The notes: a model not told the origin generated them from the letters alone. Positions 24,462-35,595 are shown, counted from the first letter of the whole stretch. The stretch is DNA of 62,530 nt, filler included, from Vannella sp. (GCA_023345925.1; 4 parts of 4 records of this genome joined end to end with filler, not necessarily neighbours in it), one strand, 5' to 3'. Program-made: numbers and translations.

Positions 24462-25833
24462 ATGTCCGACCTCGACAAGCTTCACGTCATCTGCCAGAAA
24501 CCCTACAGGGAACAAGCAGTCTGGTTCCTCAATGCATTCTGGGACCAATACGAGAAGGAGGCTGAGGTCTTGTGGCAATACGTGCTGGTCAACACAGAGC
24601 TTGATTTGGAGTTCCATGGAGACGGTTCTGGCCTGGACGAGATGAAGGCTCATGTCTTTCTGGAGAAGTTCAATGAGACTCTCACCGTTCGCGAGATGAG
24701 AGCAAAGCTCCGCTCCACTGGAGCTATTGGTGAGACTGAGCGCCCCAAATCCGTACCATTGACCCATTACCTCCTCTACAAGTACAACGTTGATTGGCAT
24801 ACTCTCACTGATGATGCTCTCCAAGGAAACAACAAGGAGGAGATGGCCAAGGCTGAACAGATGCTCCGAGAGGTTGCTGCTGCAGTGAAGGAATCAGAGT
24901 CGAAGGCTTCCGATGCGCGGAAGGCTCTTTCTGAGGCTCAGAGCTCTGAAAACGCTGCCAAAGCGCGGGAGAACGAGGCCAAGTCTGCGGAGGAGGCTGC
25001 AGTCCAGCGTGAGAACGAGGCTAAGGCTTCCGAACAACAGGCAAAAGAGCGTGAATCTGCTGCCCAGGCTGCTGCCGAGCAAGCTGCCCAAAAGGAAGTT
25101 GAGGCAAAGAAAGACGCTGTTGCTGCTAAGGAAAGTGAGGAGGAGGCAAAGGCTGCTCAGCAAGAACTTGAAGCTGCACTCCAAGAGCTTCAGGCTCAAG
25201 AGAAGGCTTACAATGACAAGAAAGCTGATTTGGAGCGAAAGTCTAGCGAGGGAGGTGTCGTCTCCATGTAAGTTCCTTCCTCGTTCACTTGAAGGAAGCT
25301 CTGATTGGTATTGCAGGAATAAGGCTAAGGCTGAACTGGCCCAGCTGTTAGCAGAGGACCCCCTGCCTCTGCGAAGAGCAAAGATCACCCAAGAAGCTGC
25401 GGTCAAGAAGGCTGAACGAGCCGCGATTGCCTCTGCAAAGGCTACCGAAGCAGCAGAGCAGTCCGCTGCTAATGCAACAAAGGCAAAGAACGCTGCTAAT
25501 GATGCATCCCAACAGGCCTCTGGTGCTCGAAAGAGCGCTGAGGAAGCCGCTGCAGCGGCTGGAAAGGCCAGAGAGGCCGCCACTCAATCCCGCCAATCAG
25601 CTGAGAAGGCTAGAGAGGCAGCTGCTGCCGCCCGAAGGGCATCCGAGCAGGCAACCGCATCTGCCGAGAAAGCACTTGAGGACGCCCGCCAAAGCTTCGC
25701 TGACGCAGAGGCCTACCTCGAAGAAGTGAAGTCCAAGCCTGGCCAGGCTTATGGCCAACTCTGGTGGTTGGACCGAGAGCTCCACGAGCAGAAGAAGTAT
25801 CTGCCCGAAGCTAAGGGAGGAATCCGCAAGTGA
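24462..25833 (+). CDS. ABP34 (calcium-regulated actin-bundling protein)-related protein with long Ala/Glu/Lys coiled-coil insertions
   Basis: QAVWFLNAFW near the N-terminus and GQLWWLDRELHEQKKYLP at the C-terminus resemble Dictyostelium 34-kDa protein motifs (QAVHFLNAYW, AIWWMNRDLEEKKK). One intron at about 25268-25316. Confidence 0.75.
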
Positions 25834-25879
25834 GCACCTTCTTCTCCATAAGGACGACCTACGCAAGTACAATACATCT

Positions 25880-27436
25880 TTATCCCCTCAAGAAGGCAAA
25901 GCGCAGAGACATCACAGCGGTGTACAGAGAGCGGACCAGGAACCGGGGAGAGAACATGCTCAAGTAGGAAGTGTGAGGGAATGTGAGGTCCATGTTGTAG
26001 CGCTCCTCCGCGTCATCAAGGATGATCACACTATCTGTGCTTCTCTGATCGTCTTCCAGGGTCTGAGGGCCATCGGTTAAGTGAGAGCCCAAAAGCCCCT
26101 CAGGCGGTTGGCTGACAACAATTCTCGGACCGCTGCGAGGCGAGGGCGGGGCAGACAGCTTCCCATCCGCCTCCAAGAAGGGTCCTGGGACTAATCGAAG
26201 AGCTTCCACTCTTCGGCTTAGTGTAAAAAAGTGGTTCACCACCTACCCATGGTAGGCCAGTTAGCATTTCAGGGTGTGGCCGCTAAGAGGGAGGGTCTGG
26301 CCTACCGCTGAGAGATCCTTCTGCTCATAAAGGTCACTGATGGTGAAAAGAGAGTTGGAAGGAACTCCCAGGCGAACGCATCCAGACAGATAAAGCTGTA
26401 AATTGTCCTGGATAGCGACTTAGTGTGAGACAGTCGCTCTTTGGCAGATTCTCTGGTGACTTACTCTGTGTGAGAGAGCAGTGTCACGTTTGTTGATTCT
26501 CCTGATAATGCCAGGGCGGATGGCGTTGAGGAGTTCACAAAGCACCACGCCGGTTTTCAAGTCATCATAGAAAGTGTCTACTCGTTGTCCAGAGATGGCC
26601 TCTATCCAGTCCATGACTTGCTCCTCCTTCTCATTACTGTAATTCTCTCTTCTTTTCTGCGCTATCTCTCGATCCATCCCGTACTTGACCGCTCCCGCGC
26701 CGGGCACCAATTCACTGATGTCAGCGGATGAGTCCTTGAGCTGCTGGTACTTTTGCAGAGACCCTTGAGAGAGCTGTCTGAAGTCTGCTAATGAGATACG
26801 TCCTTTGGAGAGACGGCGCTTGTGAGTTCGTTGCTCTCGCTCCTCCAACTCGGTGAGAGTTTGGGTGCGAAGTTCGTCTTCAAGTTCATTCCTGCGAACT
26901 AGTTGGCAGTCACTCATACGTCGACGGTGATTGGCTTGGGTTTGTTTCTCTTCTTCTTTCGCTTGAGTACGCCGCAGCTGCTCCTCGATGGAGACAGAGT
27001 ACTTGACACCCAACCGGGGCCCTTGGAAGGAAGATGTGACCTGCGCTTGTCTACCAAGCGCGTAGATGTTTGATAACACAGCAGATATGGATCTACGAGA
27101 GTGCAAGTCACTCATCAAGCACATATCCTGCGAGGGAATGCCAAGAGCGACACAACCGGCCAGATACAAGTTGATGTTCTCCCGCTCCTCGAGGTGGTGG
27201 CGTGTGTTGTATGTTATCTTACTCTTAGGGACAGTACCCGGCTTGATAGCATTCAGAAGATCGCAAAGAATCACTCCATCCTTCAGCCACAAGTACAGCG
27301 CATCGCCATCCACCCCACTCACCACAGGAGCTTGCCGACCCACTATCGCCGCTATCCACTTCAAAGCCTTGGCCTCCAAGTCCGGGTCATACTTGTCCTT
27401 CATCCGCTGAGCGATCTCCTCGTCCAGGTTGGGCAT
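25880..27436 (-). CDS. Tandem CH-domain calponin/transgelin-like actin-binding protein (3 exons)
   Basis: Two CH signatures, LKDGVILCDLLNAIKPG and LKTGVVLCELLNAIRPG, each preceded by a transgelin-like EIAQ...Y...E...WI segment. Confidence 0.85.
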
Positions 27437-27584
27437 CGCTCCTGCTCAGAGCGGCGAGAGAAATGGCTGGAAACCAATAGTGGCCTCATGAGAAGCCACA
27501 AGTTGATGAACGAGCGTGTGAGTGATCAATTAGATGGGAGAAAACGTCCTGTCTGGATCTAAATCCACTTAAGTTGAGCTGTTG

Positions 27585-27618
27585 AGGGTTTAGGGTTAGG
27601 GTTTAGGTTTAGGGTTTA
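27585..27618. repeat. Interstitial telomere-like repeat (TTTAGGG/TTAGGG variants)
   Basis: agggtttagggttagggtttaggtttagggttta, located between two divergently transcribed genes. Confidence 0.85.
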
Positions 27619-27726
27619 ACTTTTCGACGATGCTGATGGACCTCAGACGAACAAGAAGGTTTGAGTAAACCTTGCCAAAAATTCGCATCTGCTAAGGAGG
27701 GGGATCTGGCACTGCATTTGATAGAC

Positions 27727-30700
27727 ATGCCGCTTAACAAGTCCAAAGGCGGAACGATGAGGAGCAAGAGGCCTCAGCTCCGCACGTTGGTGAGAAGTTT
27801 GGTGCCAAGTAGTACGAACTTGCATGTTTTGATGGAATCGACGGAGCTGGAGGCTCCTCTGCGTCCAACTGAGGCCATCGTGAACTTTATACGGCTGGTG
27901 GCCACGAACCACTCCAGCACAGGAGGGGACTTCTTGAGGCTAATGGAGAGTCTCATCATGCTTGAAGGGCACCCCATGTCCGCCTATATCTTGAACGAGC
28001 TGTTCTACTTGCGTATTTCGCCGTCCTTCTTCAACTCGTCCATCTTCTCCGAGTGCCTTCAGCGGGCCTTTACGGAGTTCCTTGTGCAAGTGAACGCAGG
28101 TGACTTTATTTGTAGCAACTTCCTTCGGCCTCTCCTCTCCGCCAAGGCGAATGAGACCGTCTACAATCAATCTCTCTTCCGAGACGCGGGACAGGTGCCC
28201 CTGGTGGCGGGGCTCGCTTGTTACAACTGGAAAGAAGAAACCATATATTCTGTAAGCATAAGGATGGTGTTTCCACTGCGCCCTCTCACACTGGAGGACA
28301 GATCGGACCACTTTTCGAGAGAGACTCGAAAGAAGTCCTCATGCAGGCTCTCCTCTCTCGCTTTGACCTCACTGGAGTCACAGAGAAGATCAAATCTTCT
28401 GATTTAGAAGAAATCAGCCACTTCATCTCGCGGAAGAGCAGCACACCCGTTCGTTTTCCCTCCCTCTTCTCATGGCTTCCCTTCTGACCGCGAGAGCAGG
28501 AGATCTTTCATCCTATGGAGGTTATGCAAGAGAAGGTCCACATCAAACAGCTCTCTTCGAGCTGGAACACGATCGGGATGATCAACAGCGAGGGCGGCCT
28601 TATCGTTCATGGCAGCCGGAACGTTGTGGGACCAGTCTGCCTGGGAACGATAACAACCCCCAAAGAGTGGGTCCACCCAGTCCAGGCGGACAACCTCCTT
28701 GGATACCGCCTTGCGAAGATCTGTGCGGGACCTGTCCACACTTGCGCCATCACTGAAGAGGGACTCCTTATCACCTGGGGCATGAATGTGAACATCTTTC
28801 AAGATGAATCTTGCATCAGTGGACAACTGGGGCACAGCACTGACGTCATCTGCCCCCCAGCCGTTATGGAAATGGACTGGGGCAAAGTGCTTGACGTGGG
28901 CTGTGGAGTGGCTCATACGATAGTCCTCACAGAGAAGGGAGTCTATTCTTTCGGCTCTGACACACACTCCCAATCAGGGCGCCCTGGAAGTACTGCAGAG
29001 GAGCTGTTACATCCCACAACAATATCTCCACTCGCCTTTGCCAGTGGAATGAAGGTGGAATCCATCACTCAGATCTCTTGTGGGGCCAATCATACGGTTG
29101 CCATTGGAAGAGAGGGTTCGGCCTATGCTTGGGGAGACAATTCTCATGGCCAATGCCAGCAGAATCGTTCTATGCACTCGTATGTCCCCATTCCCTTGCT
29201 GATGGTGTCGCAGGGTACTCGCTGGTCTCAAGCTGCTTGTGGTATTACCCATACTCTCCTTCTATCGGAGGCTGGAGACGTCTTCTCATGTGGGAATAAC
29301 CTCTTTGGACAGCTCGGCTTGGGAAGTGTCGAGCATGATGCCGTCGTCATGCTCAACAAAGTGCGTTTCCAGGAGAAGAGTACCACCGTCTGGAAAATCA
29401 CTGCAGGCGGTCATGCTTCATCAGCCATCTCAACTGAGGGACTCCTCTTCCAATGGGGTTTACTTCGCTCTGACAATCGACGCTCGAATCAGCCATCCCC
29501 TTCTTTGTGCAACAGTTTGTATGACCAACACATGTATGTTACTGGTGTAGGGGAGGGAACGGATCACACAGTCTTCACTTCCAACGGTAAAATCATGGAG
29601 GCAATGGTGGTATTGGCCAAGTATTGCCGCTTCGAGTCTGCTCCAAATGTGAAAGAAGTGGCTGAGGCACTGCAATCAATCCCTCCTTTCCTCGTATCAA
29701 GTGTTCAACTTCGAGTGGCTCGTTGGCTCCACCAAAAGTATACTCTCCGGCCCTATCTTCAGCTCTCAACAACCACAGTCTCATTTGACATCCTGGACAC
29801 ACGGAATCTTACGGATACTCTTATCACTCGCCATCTTTCCAAGGTGCGTACGACTGCGCGTGAATACACCAGCCAACTCCTCCGGACCTTGGAAATACAC
29901 AATCCGATGTCGAAGGCCATGCAGGTCAATGTCTGCATCGAGGGCTCTCAGATCAGCGAGAAACTACACAACTACCAGTTACTAGCTGTTCCAAGTGATC
30001 TGCTAATCCCGAAAAAGGGAGCGGCCACACTCACACTGATGCTCCAATACTCAGAAAAGGACCCTCCCCCACAACAATGGTTAATGTTCTCTATCACAGT
30101 GGCAGCAAAGCAAAAGCACGCCAATGAGACACCAAACGCAAACACAGTCTCCAGGCAGTTCTTATTAGTGCGTCTGAAGAACATATTGAGGGTTCGAGGA
30201 GGCTCCACGCCGAAGAGAGAACTTTTGAGCAACGCTCCGATGCCCTCTGCCATGGACTTATTACAGTCCCAGCTAAGTCCCTACCTCCCCCATATCTTAT
30301 TATCGAAGTTCCACAAGAATCCTCAAGTGCCAACCGAGCCTTACATCGAAAAGTTCCCCGCTGCCATCCTGTTTGTGGATATCTCAGGATTTACATCTCT
30401 CAACGAAAGATTGGCTGCATTAGGGCCAGCAGGGCCTGAGCGGGTTTCCCATCATATCAATTCCTACTTCACTTCTCTCATCAGGGCTGTCAACGATCAT
30501 GGAGGAGACACGCTCAAGTTCGCTGGGGATGCCTTAATTTGTATGTTTGGATCCCCGTACACCTCACAATCTCTGGAAGCTCTTACTCGAAGTGCTACCC
30601 AATGTGCGTTGAGCATTCAAACAACACTCGCCAAGTACGACTCAAATCAAGGCTTCACCTTGACCCTCCATGTGGGAATTGGTGCAGGGGAGATCTACGC

Positions 30701-33383
30701 CTTGTACGTTGGAGGTGTTCAAAATACGTGGGAGTTCCTTGTCACAGGAGAGCCCTTAATTCAGCTTCGTACGTGTGTGGATCTGAGTTCAACAGGAGAG
30801 GTTGTCGTGTCTCAACAAGTGTGGGACCTCATCAATCCGTTCTTTGAAGGGGAGCTCATCGCTGACAGTGAGAATCGGGATTGGCTTGTTCACCGAACTC
30901 TGGAAGACATTCCGACCTGTCCACTTCCTACTTTAACCTCTCTTCATCCTGAATTTAGCAAAGCAGCGCGCTGCTTTATTCCTCAAGCAGTGCAGGTTCA
31001 AATTGACTCGCGCCAAACCAAGTGGATGGACGAGTTGCGTGTTGTGACCGTTCTCTTTGTCAAATTGAACAGCCCCATTCCCTCCAGTACAATGGAGGAG
31101 TTCTGTCAAAGCCTGCAACAGTACTTGGTGCTAATGCAAGCTGAGGTATTCCGTTATGCAGGAATGGTCCGCCAGTTCCTTGCTGACGACAAAGGAACTG
31201 TTTTGATTGCTGCGTTCGGATTGCCGCCCTCCTCTCATATGGATGGAGGCTTGCGAGGAATCCGGGCTGCCGTAGCAATTCATAATAATCTGAAAGCTGT
31301 TGGTATGGATAACAGCATTGGGATTACCACCGGGGCTGTCTTTTGTGGAGCAGTAGGAGCAACTAATCGACGAGAGTATGCAATGGTTGGCGATATCGTC
31401 AATCTAAGCGCCCGGTTGATGGTAGCAGCAAGTAAGATGGACCTAAGTATTCAGGTTCTCTGTGATAAAGCAACGGCCGAAGGATGCAAAGGAAAGATAG
31501 AAATGGAAGAGCTTGAACCGATTTACGTCAAAGGCAAAGCCAATCCCATCGACATCTACCGTCCATCAGCCCAAAAGGTCACTGCAAGTGTTAGTGACCA
31601 ATCAGAGCGTCGCTCCACCTCCAACTCCTTGAACCGCTCTTGTGTTGGGTTTGAGAAGGAGTTTGACTTGATTACCAAACAGCTCAAAGCTGTATTCTCC
31701 AAGCAGACGCCTTCTCTACTCTTCATGCTTCAAGGAGAAACAGGCACGGGCAAATCCACCATTCTCTCGCGTGTTGTTTCGGGGGCCAAGCGATTAGACT
31801 TTACTGTACTTTTATCTACCGGGGATTCCATCGCCACTACGAATCCTTATTACATTTGGCAGCCAATCTTGCATGGACTTCTCACTCCCTTTGTGAAACA
31901 GAACAAATTGACCACTCCCCGCCATGGTGTCAAGAGGAAGGCATTCTCTGACAACCACGAGTCGCCCAACAGCTCTAAAGAACAAAGTCTCTATCAGCTG
32001 GCCTGTGGTTTAGCTGGGCCTCAGTATGACGAAGAAATGTATTTACTCCAACAAGCTCTTCCAGACCTGGATCTCCCACCGGAGCAGGTGGAGCTGTCAG
32101 ATAAGAGTCAGTTGAATGCCAACCAAAAGAGGCTTCGGTTGAGTCAGATGATCACTCAGATGATCCGCAACAAGACGAAAGGGCATTCCCCACCACTCTT
32201 CATATCTCTGGATGACTTGCAGTGGGCCGACCCGTGCTCTCTCCAGCTTCTGCACCATCTTCTTAGCAACGGGGAAAGAGTTTTCTTCTTGTGTTGCCGT
32301 CGCCCAATGGTTGGCGCTCAAGCCTCATCTGAAATTGATAAGATGCTCACTTTGGAGTGTTCCACCGCACTTGATTTGCAGCCTTTCGGCCACGACCAGA
32401 TTGAAGAGCTGATTCGGTCCCTTTTCCGAGTGAATGAAGTGCCAGAGGAAATCCACCAATTAGTCCAACCTGCTCAAGGGAACCCAATGTATTGTACTGA
32501 AATCATCCACCATCTACTCTCCACCCACGCCATCAGTGTGGTGGATGGCGTTATCACCATCTCAACCGACATTGGTACGCTCTCTCTTCCCCCATCCTTG
32601 CCATTTCACTCACACTCCATCCATAGAACAAATCCGCCTTCCAGATACCCTCCACGAGATCATTGCAGGGCGGTTTGACCAACTCCCCCAAACCACACAA
32701 ATGGTAAGAGTGACTTGACCATGAACCTAACTCGTCTGACACTCCTCGGGAAGCTTTTAAAAGTAGCCTCAGTGATAGGATTAGAGTTCCCGATCGAGTT
32801 TCTCTCTCAAATCTATAACAAATGCATGGAAATCGCGACTGGCATCAGTTTCATCAAAAGGGAGCTGCAAAACGCTATCACGGCTGACTTTGTGCACCAA
32901 GATGCCGGAAACCCGCGCATTTACATGTTTAACAACAGCTTCTTTCAACAAGTAGCCTATTCACGCCTTCTCTTTTCGCAACGCACTCGTGTGCATCTGA
33001 CCGTCGCAGAACATTATGAAGAGCTTGTGGAGTCGAAGAATGATACAACGGAAGTGCGAGTGCTCTATCCTGTCCTTCTTCATCACTTTAGTTGCATCTT
33101 GGAGGCTTCCATTGCTGACAAGTCCGTCGACCAAGATGCCCTCCGAACCACTATTCGTTACCTCAAGCTGATGGGTGACTACGCGGCCCAAATATCACAA
33201 GAAAGCGATAGTGACCTGTACAAGCAAGCCCTTGAGAAGGCCCAACTCTTCTCCGATCCTCAAGAGAAGCTGAAAGCCCAGAAAGAGTTGAAACTGAAAA
33301 TCATCGGCTCCCAGAGGAAGAACGGCCTCACTGGCTTTGGAGATGCCATTGCCGCCTTCAAGTTATCAAAGTTACCGAATTAA
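27727..33383 (+). CDS. Soluble (ADCY10/sGC-type) nucleotidyl cyclase with N-terminal RCC1 repeats, Ig-like domain, two class III cyclase domains and a STAND/AAA NTPase
   Basis: RCC1 motifs (CGANHT...AWGDNSHGQC; CGNNLFGQLGLG); C1 LFVDISGFT...KFAGDAL; C2 QFLADDKG...GDIVNLSARLM; Walker A GETGTGKST; Walker B ISLDDLQWAD. Four GT-AG introns join ORFs 27661, 28218, 28515, 32536 and 32715. Confidence 0.88.
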
Positions 33384-33555
33384 GTAAACCGCCAGTACTC
33401 GGAGAAAGGAGTTCCCGTCATCCCCGTCCCCAAAGTGACATTCCTCATCAATTGATTGATTGATTGGTTCATTCGCTCCTTCTTGTAGCTGGTGAGGAGG
33501 TTCTCTTCTATTGAGGTCTCTGTGGAGTGCTTCTTACATCATGGGAGTGAATGAA

Positions 33556-34224
33556 TCATCTCCCAGGAAGGTTCCCGGAGAGAAGGGCAGTCAGAGCCTC
33601 GGCCATCCGAGCGGGGTCTCTGGCGGCAGGTGCGTTCGCTTGATTCTGAGCGGTGAGGTAACTGGCAAAGACCTCCTCTGCCGTGGACGATTGGGAATAG
33701 ATCAGCTTCAAGATGGACGAAGCGCACTCGCTACAGGACGACATCGCTCGGCTGACGCAAGACCTGACTACTTCCGCGCATGTGGACATTCCCACAGGGC
33801 ACCCAATGTAGTAGAGGATCTCTCCATCGGAGTAGTCCATCTCAAAGCCGCCCACAGTGAACCTGAAGTTGAAGCGGATGAGGAGCTTTGACATCTCATC
33901 ACGGCGGTCTTCTGGTACACAGATAGGAAGGTGCACGTTGATCACCAAGCAGCCGCTTCGGAAGGACACCGCCACCGTCATGTTGACTCCTGAGGGAGTG
34001 CGATACTGGAAAGACACTCGTTCGTTGTCATCTCGCAGGCCTCTCAGGTTCATCACGTCTCGAAGTACGGTCAAGATCATGCCGTGGACGAGCTCTTCTG
34101 TGGTCGCCTCCTCCGCTGGAGCGTTGTCCTCTTCTGTGGTCTCCTCCATCGCCTCGCCACTTACAGGTGCAGTTGGTTCATGCTCAGGCAAGGGGGAGCC
34201 TCCTTCTTCTGTGAGTTGGGACAT
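33556..34224 (-). CDS. YbjN-like (type III secretion chaperone fold) protein with acidic N-terminal extension
   Basis: PICVPEDRRDEMSKLLIRFNFRFTVGGFEMDYSDGEILY resembles the YbjN family pattern; intronless CDS. Confidence 0.72.
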   Translation of the reverse strand: MSQLTEEGGSPLPEHEPTAPVSGEAMEETTEEDNAPAEEATTEELVHGMILTVLRDVMNLRGLRDDNERVSFQYRTPSGVNMTVAVSFRSGCLVINVHLPICVPEDRRDEMSKLLIRFNFRFTVGGFEMDYSDGEILYYIGCPVGMSTCAEVVRSCVSRAMSSCSECASSILKLIYSQSSTAEEVFASYLTAQNQANAPAARDPARMAEALTALLSGNLPGR

Positions 34225-34340
34225 CCTTCTTCGAGGAGCCGGGAGAAACTGAGGGCAGAGGACATGTTTTCTCTTCCCCTTCCCCTTCCCTTGCACCCCA
34301 CTCCACGCAAGAGCTATCGGACAGACAGGCACACTAGCTT

Positions 34341-34796
34341 TCATTTATGAGGGTCTTCTGGCTCTTCGCTCGACCGCTTGGGGAGACCCTGGAAGCTAAG
34401 AAAGTGGTTGGCTCCGCAGGCCAAGGCGGAGATGACCTCGCGCCGACAATCATCAGGATTACTTTGCCCGTAGCGTTCAACGCACGATAGCATTGACGAA
34501 TGCTGTTGTGGGCAAGCCTTCTCAGAGATATCCTCAAGCGCGCGTAGTACTTCCTCCCCATCAACGCTGTCCATGCAGCGATCAAGCGATTGCCTGGAAG
34601 ACATGCATGCAGAGGAAAGTCGTTGCTCTTCATCAGATTTGATGTTGTTCTGATCCCAACAACTCATCATGGCTTCCACCTGTCCCCGGCACGACCGCAT
34701 TGTTAGGATCTGAGCAGCCTCTCGGATCTTCTTCTGCTCATTCCAAGCTGGCAGGCTTGTCGGAGTCACGGATGTTGACTGTCGGGAGCCGAACAT
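34341..34796 (-). CDS. Four-CX9C (double CHCH) protein, paralog 1
   Basis: CRGQVEAMMSC, CMSSRQSLDRC, CPQQHSSMLSC, CRREVISALAC. Confidence 0.8.
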   Translation of the reverse strand: MFGSRQSTSVTPTSLPAWNEQKKIREAAQILTMRSCRGQVEAMMSCWDQNNIKSDEEQRLSSACMSSRQSLDRCMDSVDGEEVLRALEDISEKACPQQHSSMLSCVERYGQSNPDDCRREVISALACGANHFLSFQGLPKRSSEEPEDPHK

Positions 34797-34868
34797 GCCA
34801 ACCAAAGTGGTCCCGCAAAGAGTGGGATCGTTAACGCTTCTTCCTAAGCACTAGCTCCTTGCCGGCCT

Positions 34869-34968
34869 CCCAACCAATTGGACCTTCACCTCCACTTCAT
34901 CGGAGAAGCTCAGAGGAGATGGGTGGAGGAGCGGACAAGGCCAACTGCCGAGGTGCCACAAAGAATGA
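34869..34968 (-). pseudogene. Decayed 5' fragment of a fourth CX9C paralog
   Basis: Aligns by eye to 35533-35625 of paralog 2 (about 30/38 identical around the start). ATG has become TTG and the frame is shifted; the remnant EVKVQLVG corresponds to EKEKIQLAG. Confidence 0.65.
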
Positions 34969-35193
34969 GTTGCCGTTCACCAAACCCTCTCAAATAGCTT
35001 TCTTTGCAGTTTGCACATCACACCATATCACGGAAGGGTCCAAGAGAGCCTGAATCCTAAGGAAGTGCCAGAAGGACACGAGGGCCACACAGAGCCTTCC
35101 TTCTCCATGTGAGAACTGCTTCAGACTAGACGGATCTTCATTACATTCTCGAGGGTGGTGCACTGGCTCTTCCAGGCTCTGGGATCAGCCCTT

Positions 35194-35595
35194 TCAGGAT
35201 CTCTTGGGGGCACTGAGTATGTGGTCGGCTCCGCAAGCCAAAGTAGAGTTGAACAGGGATATGCAAGCATCAGGGTTGCTCTCTCCCTGACTTTGAAAGC
35301 ATGAGTAGAATCGAGAAGCCTGTTCTGGGCAAACCTGCGCAGCGCAAGTGAAAAGCCCGTTCTTCACTACTCTATCATCAACACTCTCCATACAGCGCTT
35401 GAACGATACCACAGCAGAAGTGCATACGGAGGAAAGACTTTGGTCATCCACACTGATGTTGTTCTGCTTTGCGCAACTCCGCAAAGCTTCCAACTGTCTA
35501 TCGCACGAAGTCATTGCTATGACAGTACCAGCTAATTGGATCTTCTCCTTCTCTGCGGAGAGGTTTGGCGTAGATTGGGAGGCGGAAGCGGACAT
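35194..35595 (-). CDS. Four-CX9C protein, paralog 2 (alternative ATG at 35646)
   Basis: CDRQLEALRSC, CTSAVVSFKRC, CPEQASRFYSC, CISLFNSTLAC; shared LACGAxH tail. Confidence 0.8.
   Translation of the reverse strand: MSASASQSTPNLSAEKEKIQLAGTVIAMTSCDRQLEALRSCAKQNNISVDDQSLSSVCTSAVVSFKRCMESVDDRVVKNGLFTCAAQVCPEQASRFYSCFQSQGESNPDACISLFNSTLACGADHILSAPKRS

Noticed and set aside
24913..25316. Apparent programmed frameshift between ORFs 24429..25271 and 24913..25833
   Set aside because: A canonical GTAAGT...GCAG intron explains the frame change.
24894..25583. Long antisense ORFs (also 2422..3108, 38410..39072, 47532..48077) as overlapping genes
   Set aside because: They are shadows of codon-biased or low-complexity sense genes and contain no motifs of their own.
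33451..33467. (ATTG)n tract between the cyclase and YbjN-like genes
   Set aside because: A four-unit microsatellite in a 3' region with no further structure.
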